A stretch of DNA of 53,137 nt from IMG/VR virus record IMGVR_UViG_3300006226_000002; one strand, written 5' to 3'. The stretch is from a virus. The notes below the pieces were generated by a model. That model ran no database searches. It worked only from the letters and a program-made list of their open reading frames with translations, and was not told where the DNA came from. Positions 24,566 through 34,128 of the stretch are shown in pieces. Numbering within the stretch: position 1 is the stretch's first letter; every line of letters starts with the position of its first letter. A program made the position numbers and the translations under genes.

Positions 24566-24857
24566 TTCAGTATAATAATCAATTAATCATCAATAAGTAA
24601 AGCTAAGTAGAGCCTTACCGAGAAAGACTGGAGATAGGGGGTGGTGCTCGCGCAGGCTACCCCCACCCGAAATCGCCGAACTCCTCATTTTTTCTCCGCG
24701 GGGATATTTTAGGCCTTCCCTTTTGGTTTGGGGGCGTCTAAGGGTCAGCGTCTGATTAGATATTCTCTACTCAGGGTTGGTGAGCCTGGGCTCCTTTCAA
24801 GGGTCTTGACGCTGGCTCTTAAATGCCCCCAAACTATATTTAAAGGAGGCCAAAGTC
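24566..24857. other. GC-rich, highly structured non-coding region (candidate cos/pac site or structured leader RNA)
   Basis: Longest intergenic gap in the late region. A roughly 30-bp imperfect long-range stem pairs 24724-24752 with 24808-24836. There is also a GGGTGG/CCACCC hairpin at 24639-24668. Confidence 0.45.
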
Positions 24858-25196
24858 ATGCGGAATCCTGGTAAACCAGATCCAAAGAAACCAATAAAGC
24901 GGCCTCCAGCAACAACGCCAGAGGCAAGAGAAAATCAGATGATTGCCTTAGCTGTCGATTTGGCCGAAAGGCAGCTCATGAATGGTACAGCAAGCTCTCA
25001 AGTGGTTACGCATTTTCTGAAATTAGCCTCAAGCAAAGAGCGCCTTGAGCGGGATCTCCTAAAACAAGAGGTCGAGCTCAAGAAAGCAAAGACCGAAGCC
25101 ATCCAGTCGTCTAAACGAGTCGAAGAACTCTACATCAATGCTCTTAATGCAATGCGCAGCTACACCGGTTCGAGAGGAGATGTGGAAGATGATTAA
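24858..25196 (+). CDS. Putative small terminase / packaging accessory protein
   Basis: Called from its position upstream of HNH and TerL. Small, basic N-terminus, helical. Confidence 0.35.
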   Translation: MRNPGKPDPKKPIKRPPATTPEARENQMIALAVDLAERQLMNGTASSQVVTHFLKLASSKERLERDLLKQEVELKKAKTEAIQSSKRVEELYINALNAMRSYTGSRGDVEDD

Positions 25197-25608
25197 ATCC
25201 TACAGGGAGCTTCGTCGTCTACCAACTTTCGAAGAGCGCTTCCTCTATTTGAAGATCGGAGGAGTAGTTGGACGATCCACATTCGGATTCGATCGCTATA
25301 TTAATCAAGCTCTATACCGATCTCGAGAATGGAGACAAGTTCGGGACAAAGTAATTGTTCGAGATGGTGGCTGTGATCTTGGGGTTCCAGACAGAGAGAT
25401 ATTTGTCCGCATCCTAATTCATCACATTAATCCTATCACACTTGAAGACATTGAAGAGGGACGAGATTGTGTGTTCAACCTTAACAATCTGATCTGCACA
25501 ACTCACGATACGCACAACGCGATCCATTACGCTAATGAATCTTTACTCGCAAGGCTTCCAAAAGAACGAAAGAGAGGAGATACATGCCCATGGCTGACAC
25601 AGATGTAA
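25189..25608 (+). CDS. HNH endonuclease (packaging-associated)
   Basis: RDGGCDLG...HHINP...N..THDTHNAIH. Adjacent to the terminase genes. Confidence 0.7.
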   Translation: MIKSYRELRRLPTFEERFLYLKIGGVVGRSTFGFDRYINQALYRSREWRQVRDKVIVRDGGCDLGVPDREIFVRILIHHINPITLEDIEEGRDCVFNLNNLICTTHDTHNAIHYANESLLARLPKERKRGDTCPWLTQM

Positions 25609-26021
25609 TCGTCGTCGATTCAGAGGATGAAGAAACCAAAGATCCTAAGAACAGCATTCTAACTTCTGTGAAAAAGCTTCTTGGGATTGAGGAAGAGTAT
25701 GAACACTTTGACATGGAGCTCATACTCAACATTAATTCTGTCTTTACAATCCTGAATCAGCTTGGTCTTGGTCCCATAGAAGGCTTCAGTATTGAAGACA
25801 AAGAAGACACATGGGATTCCTTTCTTGAAGATCGTAATGATCTAAACGCAGTCAAGACTTATGTTTATATGAAAGTTCGCCTCATGTTCGATCCTCCGCA
25901 GATGGGCTATTTGGTCGATTCGATCAAGAAACAATGCGATGAGTTCGAATGGCGTCTCAATGTTCAAGCTGAAACTATTCAGAGCTCAAAGGAGGCTAGT
26001 CAAAATGGAAGTGAATCCTAA
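25584..26021 (+). CDS. Head-tail connector (gp6-like) protein, putative
   Basis: The pattern ILTSVKKLLGIEEE..D..L resembles gp6-like adaptors. Confidence 0.4.
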   Translation: MPMADTDVIVVDSEDEETKDPKNSILTSVKKLLGIEEEYEHFDMELILNINSVFTILNQLGLGPIEGFSIEDKEDTWDSFLEDRNDLNAVKTYVYMKVRLMFDPPQMGYLVDSIKKQCDEFEWRLNVQAETIQSSKEASQNGSES

Positions 26022-26379
26022 TACTTTACAACACTACGGTATTCTTGGTATGAAGTGGGGCGTTCGCCGCGAGCGAGGACCAGATGGACGTGTTGGTACT
26101 AAAAAATCTCAAGGCTCTGGCGATTATCAAAAGTCTAGAGCTCAATTAAGACGAGGTTCAAAAAATCTTTCAACTGCCGAGCTCAAGTCACTTACTAATC
26201 GTCTTCAGCTGGAGAGGCAGTATAGCGATCTAAACCCAAGCGACTATAAACGAGGCATGGATGTTGTAAAAACTATTACGGCGGCAGGGTCAACTGCCGC
26301 TTCTTTTTATGCCCTTTCAAAAACTCCCCTTGGGCAAGATGTTATCAAAGCAATAAAGCCTATTATAAGTAGGAGGTAA
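26005..26379 (+). CDS. Hypothetical protein with an N-terminal HYGILGMKWGVRR motif
   Basis: ATG 26005 follows AAGGAGG. Confidence 0.5.
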   Translation: MEVNPNTLQHYGILGMKWGVRRERGPDGRVGTKKSQGSGDYQKSRAQLRRGSKNLSTAELKSLTNRLQLERQYSDLNPSDYKRGMDVVKTITAAGSTAASFYALSKTPLGQDVIKAIKPIISRR

Positions 26380-26405
26380 TTACAAGATAATCAAGGAGGG
26401 TCAGA

Positions 26406-28154
26406 ATGAGTTTATCAAATACGGCCACTCCGAGATACTACGCTAAATTCCGGGAGGAAGTTCTTAGCGGACACATTCCAGTATGCAAAGAGATCTCAAT
26501 GGAAATGAATCGTATAGATGATCTCATAGCTAATCGAGGAATCTATTACGATGAGGATGCAGTTGAAGGCTTTATCGAGTATTGCGAGTGCGAACTTACT
26601 CTTACGGATGGCGCCGATTTAATACTTCTTGATACTTTTAAACTTTGGGCAGAGCAGGTATTTGGCTGGTATTACTTTGTGGAGAGAAGTGTGTATGAAC
26701 CGGATCCGGATGGTCATGGTGGTCGCTATGTCCGTAAGATGGTCAAGAAACGTCTAATCAATAAACAATACCTGATTGTTGCTCGCGGTGCTGCTAAGTC
26801 AATGTACGGCTCATGTATTCAGAATTACTTTCTCAATGTCGACACATCGACCACGCATCAAATCACTACAGCGCCGACAATGAAGCAAGCAGATGAAGTG
26901 ATGTCGCCAATACGTACCGCTATCACCCGCTCCAGAGGGCCACTCTTTCAGTTCTTAACAGAGGGATCCTTACAGAACACAACCGGTTCCAGAGCCAATC
27001 GAGTAAAACTCGCCTCTACAAAGAAGGGTGTCGAGAACTTCCTCACAGGCTCACTCCTCGAGATCCGTCCAATGTCCATCGACAAGCTTCAAGGACTCAG
27101 GCCAAAGATTGCTTCAGTTGACGAATGGCTTTCTGGCGACATACGAGAAGATGTCGTCGGCGCCATCGAGCAAGGCGCATCAAAGCTTGATGACTACTTA
27201 ATCATCGCGATGAGCTCGGAGGGAACAGTTCGGAATAGTAGCGGCGATACCATCAAAATGGAACTAATGGACATTCTCAAAGGGGACTATATCAATCCTC
27301 ATGTTTCTATTTGGTATTACAGACTTGACGATGTTCAGGAAGTGAGCGATCCCTCTAAGTGGTTGAAAGCAAATCCCAACCTTGGAAAGACAGTTACCTA
27401 CGAAACTTATCATTTGGATGTCGAAAGAGCGGAAAAAGCTCCTGCGGCACGCAACGATATTCTTGCTAAGAGGTTTGGAATTCCCATGGAAGGGTACACC
27501 TACTTCTTTACATATGAAGAAACTCTTCCTCATCGAAGAAGAGATTTCTGGTCAATGCCTTGTGCTCTTGGCGCCGACCTTTCTCAGGGCGATGACTTTT
27601 GTGCTTTTACTTTTCTCTTCCCTTTACCACAAGACAAGTTTGGCGTTAAGACTAGATGCTATATTTCATCGCTTACTTTGATGAAATTGCCCGGCGCTAT
27701 GCGTATAAAGTACGATGAGTTTATTGCAGAGGGATCCTTAATGGTACTTGATTGTACTGTCCTTGACATGATGGATGTCTACGATGACCTTGACAAGTTT
27801 ATCAACGAGGAATGTCAGTATGATGTTCGCTGTTTTGGGTTTGATCCTTACAATGCAAAGGAGTTTGTAACGCGCTGGGAACAGGAAAATGGCTCCTATG
27901 GAATTGAAAAGGTTATTCAGGGCTCCAAAACCGAATCGGTCCCTTTGGGAGAGCTTAAAACACTTTCTGAGGAGCGAATGCTCATCTTTGACCAAGAACT
28001 TATGTCTTTTACTATGGGTAACGCTATTACTTTGGAGGATACAAATGGTAATCGCAAGTTATTAAAGAAGCGTTATGACCAAAAGATCGACAGTGTTGCG
28101 GCGATGATGGATGCTTATGTCGCCTATAAAGCAAACAAAGACGCATTTGAATAG
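26406..28154 (+). CDS. terL: Terminase large subunit
   Basis: 582 aa. ARGAAKS P-loop-like motif. Conserved position before the portal. Confidence 0.8.
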   Translation: MSLSNTATPRYYAKFREEVLSGHIPVCKEISMEMNRIDDLIANRGIYYDEDAVEGFIEYCECELTLTDGADLILLDTFKLWAEQVFGWYYFVERSVYEPDPDGHGGRYVRKMVKKRLINKQYLIVARGAAKSMYGSCIQNYFLNVDTSTTHQITTAPTMKQADEVMSPIRTAITRSRGPLFQFLTEGSLQNTTGSRANRVKLASTKKGVENFLTGSLLEIRPMSIDKLQGLRPKIASVDEWLSGDIREDVVGAIEQGASKLDDYLIIAMSSEGTVRNSSGDTIKMELMDILKGDYINPHVSIWYYRLDDVQEVSDPSKWLKANPNLGKTVTYETYHLDVERAEKAPAARNDILAKRFGIPMEGYTYFFTYEETLPHRRRDFWSMPCALGADLSQGDDFCAFTFLFPLPQDKFGVKTRCYISSLTLMKLPGAMRIKYDEFIAEGSLMVLDCTVLDMMDVYDDLDKFINEECQYDVRCFGFDPYNAKEFVTRWEQENGSYGIEKVIQGSKTESVPLGELKTLSEERMLIFDQELMSFTMGNAITLEDTNGNRKLLKKRYDQKIDSVAAMMDAYVAYKANKDAFE

Positions 28155-28262
28155 GGGTGAGATAAACTACAGAAGCTCTGCACCATACAAAAAAGTCTGA
28201 GTAATCCTCTGATAGGGGGAATTATTATGCAGGCATAATACTCAATTGAAGGAGGTAACCCT

Positions 28263-29603
28263 ATGCCAGAACAATCATTTGGCGCTAGGCTAAAACATGC
28301 CTGGGACGCCTTCAGAAATAGAGACCCTACCGGAGGTATCAATATTAGAGAAATTGGATCTGTTTCCTATACTAGGCCCGATCGTCCTCGAAGACGTGGA
28401 AGTAATGAGCAATCAATTGTTACTGCTGTTTATAATCGGGTGGCTATTGATGTTGCTGCCATATCTATTCGCCATGTGCGTGTTGATGAAAATGATGCAT
28501 ATGAGGAGGATGTTAAATCCGGTCTCAATTACTGTATGACAACGGAGGCAAATGTCGATCAGACAGGAAGGGCCTTCTTTCAAGATATAGTGATGTCGCT
28601 ATTCGATGAGGGCTGTGTTGCAGTAATCCCAGTTGATACTACTATTGATCCGAAAACCACAGGATCCTATGAAATCAATACTATGCGTACTGGGAAGATT
28701 CTTGAATGGTATCCACAGCACGTTCAAGTTAGTGTCTACAATGATAGAACGGGACTTCGTGAAAACCTAATTCTTCCAAAAAAGATGGTTGCCATTATTG
28801 AGAATCCTTTGTATGCGGTTATGAACGAGCCAAACGGCACTCTTCAAAGACTTATTCGAAAACTTAATATTCTAGATTCAATTGACGAACAAAGTGGATC
28901 TGGAAAGCTTGATGTGATTATCCAGCTTCCGTATGTAATCAAGACGGAAGCACGACGCGAACAAGCTGAAAAGCGTCGTAAAGACATCGAAACGCAACTA
29001 TCAGGCACCAAGTATGGTATTGCGTATACCGATGGAACAGAGCGCATAACACAGTTGAATCGTCCGGCTGAGAATAACCTAATGGGCCAAATTCAGTATC
29101 TAACGAGTATGCTATATAGCCAGTTGGGTATTACGGAAGCAGTGTTCGATGGTACAGCAGACGAAGCCACTATGTTAAATTACATGAGTCGAACAGTAGA
29201 GCCGATATTATCAGCTATTGTCGATGAGTTTAAGCGAAAATTTCTAACGAAGACGGCTAGAAGCCAACGACAAAGCGTCATGTATTTCAAGAATATCTTC
29301 AGACTTGTGCCTGCTAATGAGTTGGCTAATGTGGCCGACAAGTACACGCGCAACGAGATTATGTCCTCGAATGAAATGAGATCTATTCTTGGCTTGAGGC
29401 CATCTAAAGATCCAGAAGCCGATGAGCTTCGCAATAAGAACCTCAATCGAAGCGCTACCGATCCAAACGATATCACATTGGATCAAAAGATTCAAATATT
29501 CGAGACACTACTCAAGAATCCAGAGAAGATTGAGGAACTAGACCCACAATACAAAACATTGCTCGGTCAAGTTATAGAAACTATCGCTACGAAGGTTAAG
29601 TAG
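28263..29603 (+). CDS. Portal protein
   Basis: 446 aa, immediately after TerL and before the protease/capsid gene. Confidence 0.7.
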   Translation: MPEQSFGARLKHAWDAFRNRDPTGGINIREIGSVSYTRPDRPRRRGSNEQSIVTAVYNRVAIDVAAISIRHVRVDENDAYEEDVKSGLNYCMTTEANVDQTGRAFFQDIVMSLFDEGCVAVIPVDTTIDPKTTGSYEINTMRTGKILEWYPQHVQVSVYNDRTGLRENLILPKKMVAIIENPLYAVMNEPNGTLQRLIRKLNILDSIDEQSGSGKLDVIIQLPYVIKTEARREQAEKRRKDIETQLSGTKYGIAYTDGTERITQLNRPAENNLMGQIQYLTSMLYSQLGITEAVFDGTADEATMLNYMSRTVEPILSAIVDEFKRKFLTKTARSQRQSVMYFKNIFRLVPANELANVADKYTRNEIMSSNEMRSILGLRPSKDPEADELRNKNLNRSATDPNDITLDQKIQIFETLLKNPEKIEELDPQYKTLLGQVIETIATKVK

Positions 29604-29627
29604 CGATAATTGAAAGGAGTTAATCAA

Positions 29628-31544
29628 ATGCAACCTAAAACAAAATTTGATTTCAGTGGTTACGCAACCAAGATAGGGCTGAAATGCTCTGATGGTCGTA
29701 CAATTCTGAAAGATGCTTTTAAACACAATGACGGTCAGAAAGTCCCTCTTGTTTGGCAGCATCTACATAACGAACCGGCAAATGTCCTTGGTCACGCTAT
29801 TCTGGAGAACAGAGACGACGGTGTTTATGCCTATTGTAAGTTCAACGAAACTGACGCCGCCCAGAATGCAAAGCTCCTTGTCTCCCATGGCGATATTACA
29901 GCGCTTTCTATCTATGCCAATTCTCTTAAGCAGAAAGGACAAGCTGTTATTCATGGCATGATTCGTGAGGTCAGCTTAGTTCTTTCCGGCGCCAATCCTG
30001 GCGCGCTAATTGATAATTTAAGCTTTGCTCATGGAGATGGCATGGAACCGTCCATTGATGAGACAGAGGCAATTATCTACACCGGTCTTACGCTGACTGA
30101 TGGTTCCCTTGAACACATGTCCGATGCGGACGGTCAAAAGATTCTTAACGAAGAGCTTGCAGGCTTAACCGAGGATCAAAAGGCTAGATTGCGGGACAGA
30201 ACCAGATATATGGTTGACGATACTCAAATGGACGTGCTGTTCAATATTATTCGCGCTATGAACGATAGTCAAAAGCTGGCTATTTACAAATCTGTAGCCG
30301 ATAGTATCGTCCAGCATGGCGGTGACGTTGATGCCGCTCTCCAACATGCTAAATATGCAGAGGATGCTACTGTCAAAGACATCTTTAATACTCTGGATGA
30401 CACCCAAAAGATTGTGGTCTATGCCATGATTACTCAGGCTCTCAGTGAGGGCGAAAATCTCGAACATTCTGAAAATGAAGGAGAATTAGTTATGAAAAAC
30501 AACGTGTTTGATAAGTCTACCGAAAAAGAATTCGCCCTCACCCATGATCAAATCGGCGCCATCTTAGTTGATGCTAAGAGATGCGGATCTTTGAAAGATG
30601 CTGTTCTTGCTCATGCTGCAACTTACGGTATCGAAAACATCGATATCCTATTCCCTGATGCTCGTAAAATCAGAGAAACACCAGATCTGATTAAGCGAGA
30701 TGACACATGGGTTGGTCCGTTCTTGTCTGCGGTCTACAAAACCCCGTTCTCCCGCATTAAAAGTCTGGCTGCCGATCTTACCGAAGACGAAGCCCGTGCA
30801 AAAGGCTATATGACTGGTAATCGCAAGAAAGAAGAAGTCTTCCCAGTTATGAAGCGTACTACGACCCCAACCACCGTATACAAGAAACAGAAACTCGATC
30901 GTGATGATGTACTCGACATCACCGATTTCGATGTTGTTGTCTGGCTGCGCGGCGAAATGCGTGTCATGCTTGACGAGGAGCTTGCCCGGGCTGCTTTGAT
31001 CGGCGACGGTCGTGCCGTGGATTCAGAAGATAAGATTAATGAACAGAACATACGTCCTGTTTGGACAGATGATGTACTCTTTGCTCCGAAGGTAACGCTT
31101 CCTTCCGACATTACGACTCTTGATCTAATTGATGAGGTAGTAAAAGCCCGTAAGCTTTACAAGGGTTCTGGCAACCCGAACTTCTACACTACAGAAGACA
31201 CCGTCACCGACATGCTGCTCGTACGCGACTTCAATCAGCGCCGGATTTATCCGACTGTTACCGAGCTGGCTTCGGCTCTGCGCGTGAAAGAGATTATTGC
31301 CGTCGAAGTAATGGAAGAACAGAGTCGCACTCTTCCGAACAGTACCGATGTGGTTACTTTGCAGGGTATTCTGCTCAATCCACGCGATTACGCTATGGGT
31401 GCGGATAAGGGTGGACAAGTTTCGATGTTCGACGACTTTGACATTGACTACAACCAACATAAGTATCTCATTGAGACTCGTTGCTCCGGCGCCTTGACAA
31501 AGCCGAAGTCTGCTGTGGTACTAGAGAAGCGCGCAAACGGCTAA
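29628..31544 (+). CDS. Prohead protease / scaffold-like linker / HK97-fold major capsid fusion protein
   Basis: The N-terminus resembles a prohead serine protease (..VPLVWQH..EVSLVLSGANPGA). The C-terminal half is major-capsid-like. ATG 29628 follows GAAAGGAG. Confidence 0.65.
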   Translation: MQPKTKFDFSGYATKIGLKCSDGRTILKDAFKHNDGQKVPLVWQHLHNEPANVLGHAILENRDDGVYAYCKFNETDAAQNAKLLVSHGDITALSIYANSLKQKGQAVIHGMIREVSLVLSGANPGALIDNLSFAHGDGMEPSIDETEAIIYTGLTLTDGSLEHMSDADGQKILNEELAGLTEDQKARLRDRTRYMVDDTQMDVLFNIIRAMNDSQKLAIYKSVADSIVQHGGDVDAALQHAKYAEDATVKDIFNTLDDTQKIVVYAMITQALSEGENLEHSENEGELVMKNNVFDKSTEKEFALTHDQIGAILVDAKRCGSLKDAVLAHAATYGIENIDILFPDARKIRETPDLIKRDDTWVGPFLSAVYKTPFSRIKSLAADLTEDEARAKGYMTGNRKKEEVFPVMKRTTTPTTVYKKQKLDRDDVLDITDFDVVVWLRGEMRVMLDEELARAALIGDGRAVDSEDKINEQNIRPVWTDDVLFAPKVTLPSDITTLDLIDEVVKARKLYKGSGNPNFYTTEDTVTDMLLVRDFNQRRIYPTVTELASALRVKEIIAVEVMEEQSRTLPNSTDVVTLQGILLNPRDYAMGADKGGQVSMFDDFDIDYNQHKYLIETRCSGALTKPKSAVVLEKRANG

Positions 31545-31564
31545 GTCGAAAGGAGTCAGTCAAA

Positions 31565-31888
31565 ATGGGACGGTATTACGGTGCCATAGGCTACGCTGAA
31601 ACTGTGGAAACTAGCCCGGGGGTTTGGCAAGAGCAAATCACAGAGCGAAATTACTCCGGCGATGTTCTCCGAAACACCAGTAAATGGCGTGATGGTGAGA
31701 ATCTTAACTCAAATCTCAACATTGATAATCGGCTGAGCATCGTAGCAGATCCGTTTGCCTATGATAACTTCCATACAATGCGCTATATTCAATGGATGGG
31801 TTCCAAATGGCAGATTATGTCCGTTGAAGTTCAACGTCCTCGTCTTATCCTAACCATAGGAGGTGTATACAATGAGCAGACGTCTTGA
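31565..31888 (+). CDS. Head-tail joining protein, putative
   Basis: Position only. AAAGGAG RBS. Confidence 0.4.
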   Translation: MGRYYGAIGYAETVETSPGVWQEQITERNYSGDVLRNTSKWRDGENLNSNLNIDNRLSIVADPFAYDNFHTMRYIQWMGSKWQIMSVEVQRPRLILTIGGVYNEQTS

Positions 31889-32192
31889 GTTCCACCAGAT
31901 CCTGATTGGAATACTGGGAACAAAGGATGATGAAGAGTCTCGAGTATACTTTCAACCTCCGAGTACGGTGAAGATGAAGTATCCATGTATTGTCTATAGG
32001 CGCTCAAGAGTTGAAGCACAATATGCTGATAATCTAATGTATAGAAACACAACCTGCTATATGGTTATAGTAATTGACTCAAACCCAGATAGCGAGATAC
32101 CTAACAAAGTTCTTGACCTGCCTCTTTGTCGATTTGATCGGCATTATACGGTAGATAACCTAAATCATGACGTATTCAACGTCTACTATTAA
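31872..32192 (+). CDS. Head-tail joining / tail completion protein, putative
   Basis: Position only. TAGGAGG RBS. Confidence 0.4.
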   Translation: MSRRLEFHQILIGILGTKDDEESRVYFQPPSTVKMKYPCIVYRRSRVEAQYADNLMYRNTTCYMVIVIDSNPDSEIPNKVLDLPLCRFDRHYTVDNLNHDVFNVYY

Positions 32193-32206
32193 GGAGGAAA
32201 ACGATA

Positions 32207-32914
32207 ATGAGTAGAATTGTTTGGGATCAAACAGGAGAACGATTTTATGAGACTGGCGTACGCCAGGGCGTCCTGTTTCCTAGGGACAATACTGGCAAAT
32301 ATCCAAAAGGCGTCGCTTGGAACGGTTTGACTGGCGTTACAGAGAGCCCTTCTGGCGCTGAGCCGACTCCGCTTTACGCCGATGATATTAAATACTTGGT
32401 TCTGATGTCCGCCGAAGAGTTCGGCGCAACCATCGAAGCCTATACTTATCCGGATGAGTTCATCCCCTGCGATGGTTCTGGCGAGCTTGCTCCTGGAGTC
32501 TATGTCGGTCAGCAGTCCAGGCAAACTTTCGGATTGTCTTACAGAACGGTTCTGGGCAATGATATCGAGATGAATGATTTCGGTTATAAACTGCATCTCA
32601 TCTACGGCGCTGTGGCTTCCCCTTCCGAGAAGGCTTACCAGACCATTAATGACTCTCCGGAGGCAATTTCTTTCTCATGGGACGTCACGACAACCCCTGT
32701 GAATGTCCCGGGATTCAAACCTACGGCATCCATCACAATTGACTCAACAAAGGTTGACAAGACGAAGCTCGCAGCCTTTGAGGAAATTCTTTACGGAAAA
32801 GATGGTACTCCCGAGAGCTCTGCTGGTGCCGGCGATGAAGTTCCTGCCGTCGATGCAAGGCTTCCTCTTCCAGAAGAGGTTTATGCGCTTCTCGGCGTTC
32901 CCGCAGCCGGCTAA
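32207..32914 (+). CDS. Major tail protein
   Basis: The N-terminus IVWDQTGERFYETGV..GVL is typical of siphovirus major tail proteins. Position supports the call. Confidence 0.6.
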   Translation: MSRIVWDQTGERFYETGVRQGVLFPRDNTGKYPKGVAWNGLTGVTESPSGAEPTPLYADDIKYLVLMSAEEFGATIEAYTYPDEFIPCDGSGELAPGVYVGQQSRQTFGLSYRTVLGNDIEMNDFGYKLHLIYGAVASPSEKAYQTINDSPEAISFSWDVTTTPVNVPGFKPTASITIDSTKVDKTKLAAFEEILYGKDGTPESSAGAGDEVPAVDARLPLPEEVYALLGVPAAG

Positions 32915-32962
32915 TTAATACAACCGCGATGCATAGTCGCCAATTTGAAAGGAGAAATCACC

Positions 32963-33334
32963 ATGCTAAAGAAAACCATTACTTACACGAATTACAACGA
33001 TGAAGTAGTTACCGAAGACTTCTACTTCAATCTCTCAAAAGCCGAAATCATCGAGATGGAGGCAATGACTGACGGAGGACTCCGCGCAAAGCTAACAAGT
33101 ATAGTGGCGGCCAAGGATCAGAAGAAAATCATGGAGACTTTCAAAGAGATCCTATTCAAAGCCTACGGCGAAAAGTCTCCGGATGGCAAGCGGTTTGTGA
33201 AGTCTAAGGAAATTTCTGAAGGGTTTGAACAAACCGAAGCTTACAGCGAGCTCTTCATGGAGATTGTATTCGATGCTGAGAAAGCCGCCGCATTTATCAA
33301 TGCAATTGTCCCACAGGAAACTCGTCAGAATTAG
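32963..33334 (+). CDS. Tail assembly chaperone
   Basis: Position between the major tail protein and the tape measure. Small and acidic. Confidence 0.5.
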   Translation: MLKKTITYTNYNDEVVTEDFYFNLSKAEIIEMEAMTDGGLRAKLTSIVAAKDQKKIMETFKEILFKAYGEKSPDGKRFVKSKEISEGFEQTEAYSELFMEIVFDAEKAAAFINAIVPQETRQN

Positions 33335-33361
33335 GGATAATCTCAGGAGAGGAGCGAGAGA

Positions 33362-33904
33362 ATGTTAGACATATTTATTCCTGAACAGGAGTTTTGGAAT
33401 GAAGAGAAGCAAGAATTCTTTAAGATCAAAGCCCAAACTCTTCAACTAGAGCATTCTCTCGTATCTCTTTCTAAATGGGAATCAAAGTGGTGCAAGCCTT
33501 TTCTCGGTAAGGAAGACAAAAGCAATGCGGAAATAATCGATTATATTCGCTGTATGACAATTACTCAGAACGTCAAACCGGATGTCTACAGCAATATGCC
33601 ATCCGAGATATTTGAAACAATAAAAAATTACATCGATGCTCCAATGACTGCTACATGGTTTAAAGAAGATCCAATGGCTAAGAAATCAACAGAAGTCATA
33701 ACTGCGGAGATTATCTACTATTGGATGATTGTTCAAAATATACCGATGGAGTGTCAAAAGTGGCATCTAAACAGACTTCTTACTCTGATTCGTGTGTGTG
33801 GCATAAAGAATACCCCTCCTAAGAAGATGAATAGGAAGCAAATGCTCGACAATCGCAAAAATCTTAATGCGAGACGCCGAGCACAAATGAACACGAAAGG
33901 GTGA
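33362..33904 (+). CDS. Gp15-like tail assembly protein
   Basis: LEHSLVSLSKWESKWCKPFL..IDYIRCM recalls the Phage_Gp15 family. Confidence 0.45.
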   Translation: MLDIFIPEQEFWNEEKQEFFKIKAQTLQLEHSLVSLSKWESKWCKPFLGKEDKSNAEIIDYIRCMTITQNVKPDVYSNMPSEIFETIKNYIDAPMTATWFKEDPMAKKSTEVITAEIIYYWMIVQNIPMECQKWHLNRLLTLIRVCGIKNTPPKKMNRKQMLDNRKNLNARRRAQMNTKG

Positions 33905-33912
33905 TCAATATA

Positions 33913-34128
33913 ATGTTCAACAATTACGAAGCACTTAAATGCGATATTTGTAACAAAGCGTTTATGGGTCGTCGTCCTGCTGAGGGCGGCGATATTTTAT
34001 GTCCAGAATGCCTTTCAGCCGATGAGTTACCGGTTGTGATAGATGTGGATAATATTCCTGATTCCGTGCGCAATGAATTTGAAGGAGGTGCGGACGATGG
34101 TGGCGAAGACACGACGAAAAAACCCTGA
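33913..34128 (+). CDS. Small zinc-ribbon protein
   Basis: CDIC...CPEC. Confidence 0.4.
   Translation: MFNNYEALKCDICNKAFMGRRPAEGGDILCPECLSADELPVVIDVDNIPDSVRNEFEGGADDGGEDTTKKP

Noticed and set aside
24566-24857. tRNA or tmRNA hidden in the GC-rich non-coding region.
   Set aside because: I found no cloverleaf arrangement and no GTTCRANNC T-loop with a matching acceptor stem. The pairing is one long nested stem instead.
32963-33904. Programmed -1 frameshift between the two tail-chaperone ORFs (gpG/gpGT-like).
   Set aside because: The ORFs are separated by 27 nt and the second has its own GGAGAGGAG RBS and ATG. No XXXYYYZ slippery heptamer is visible near the end of the first ORF.
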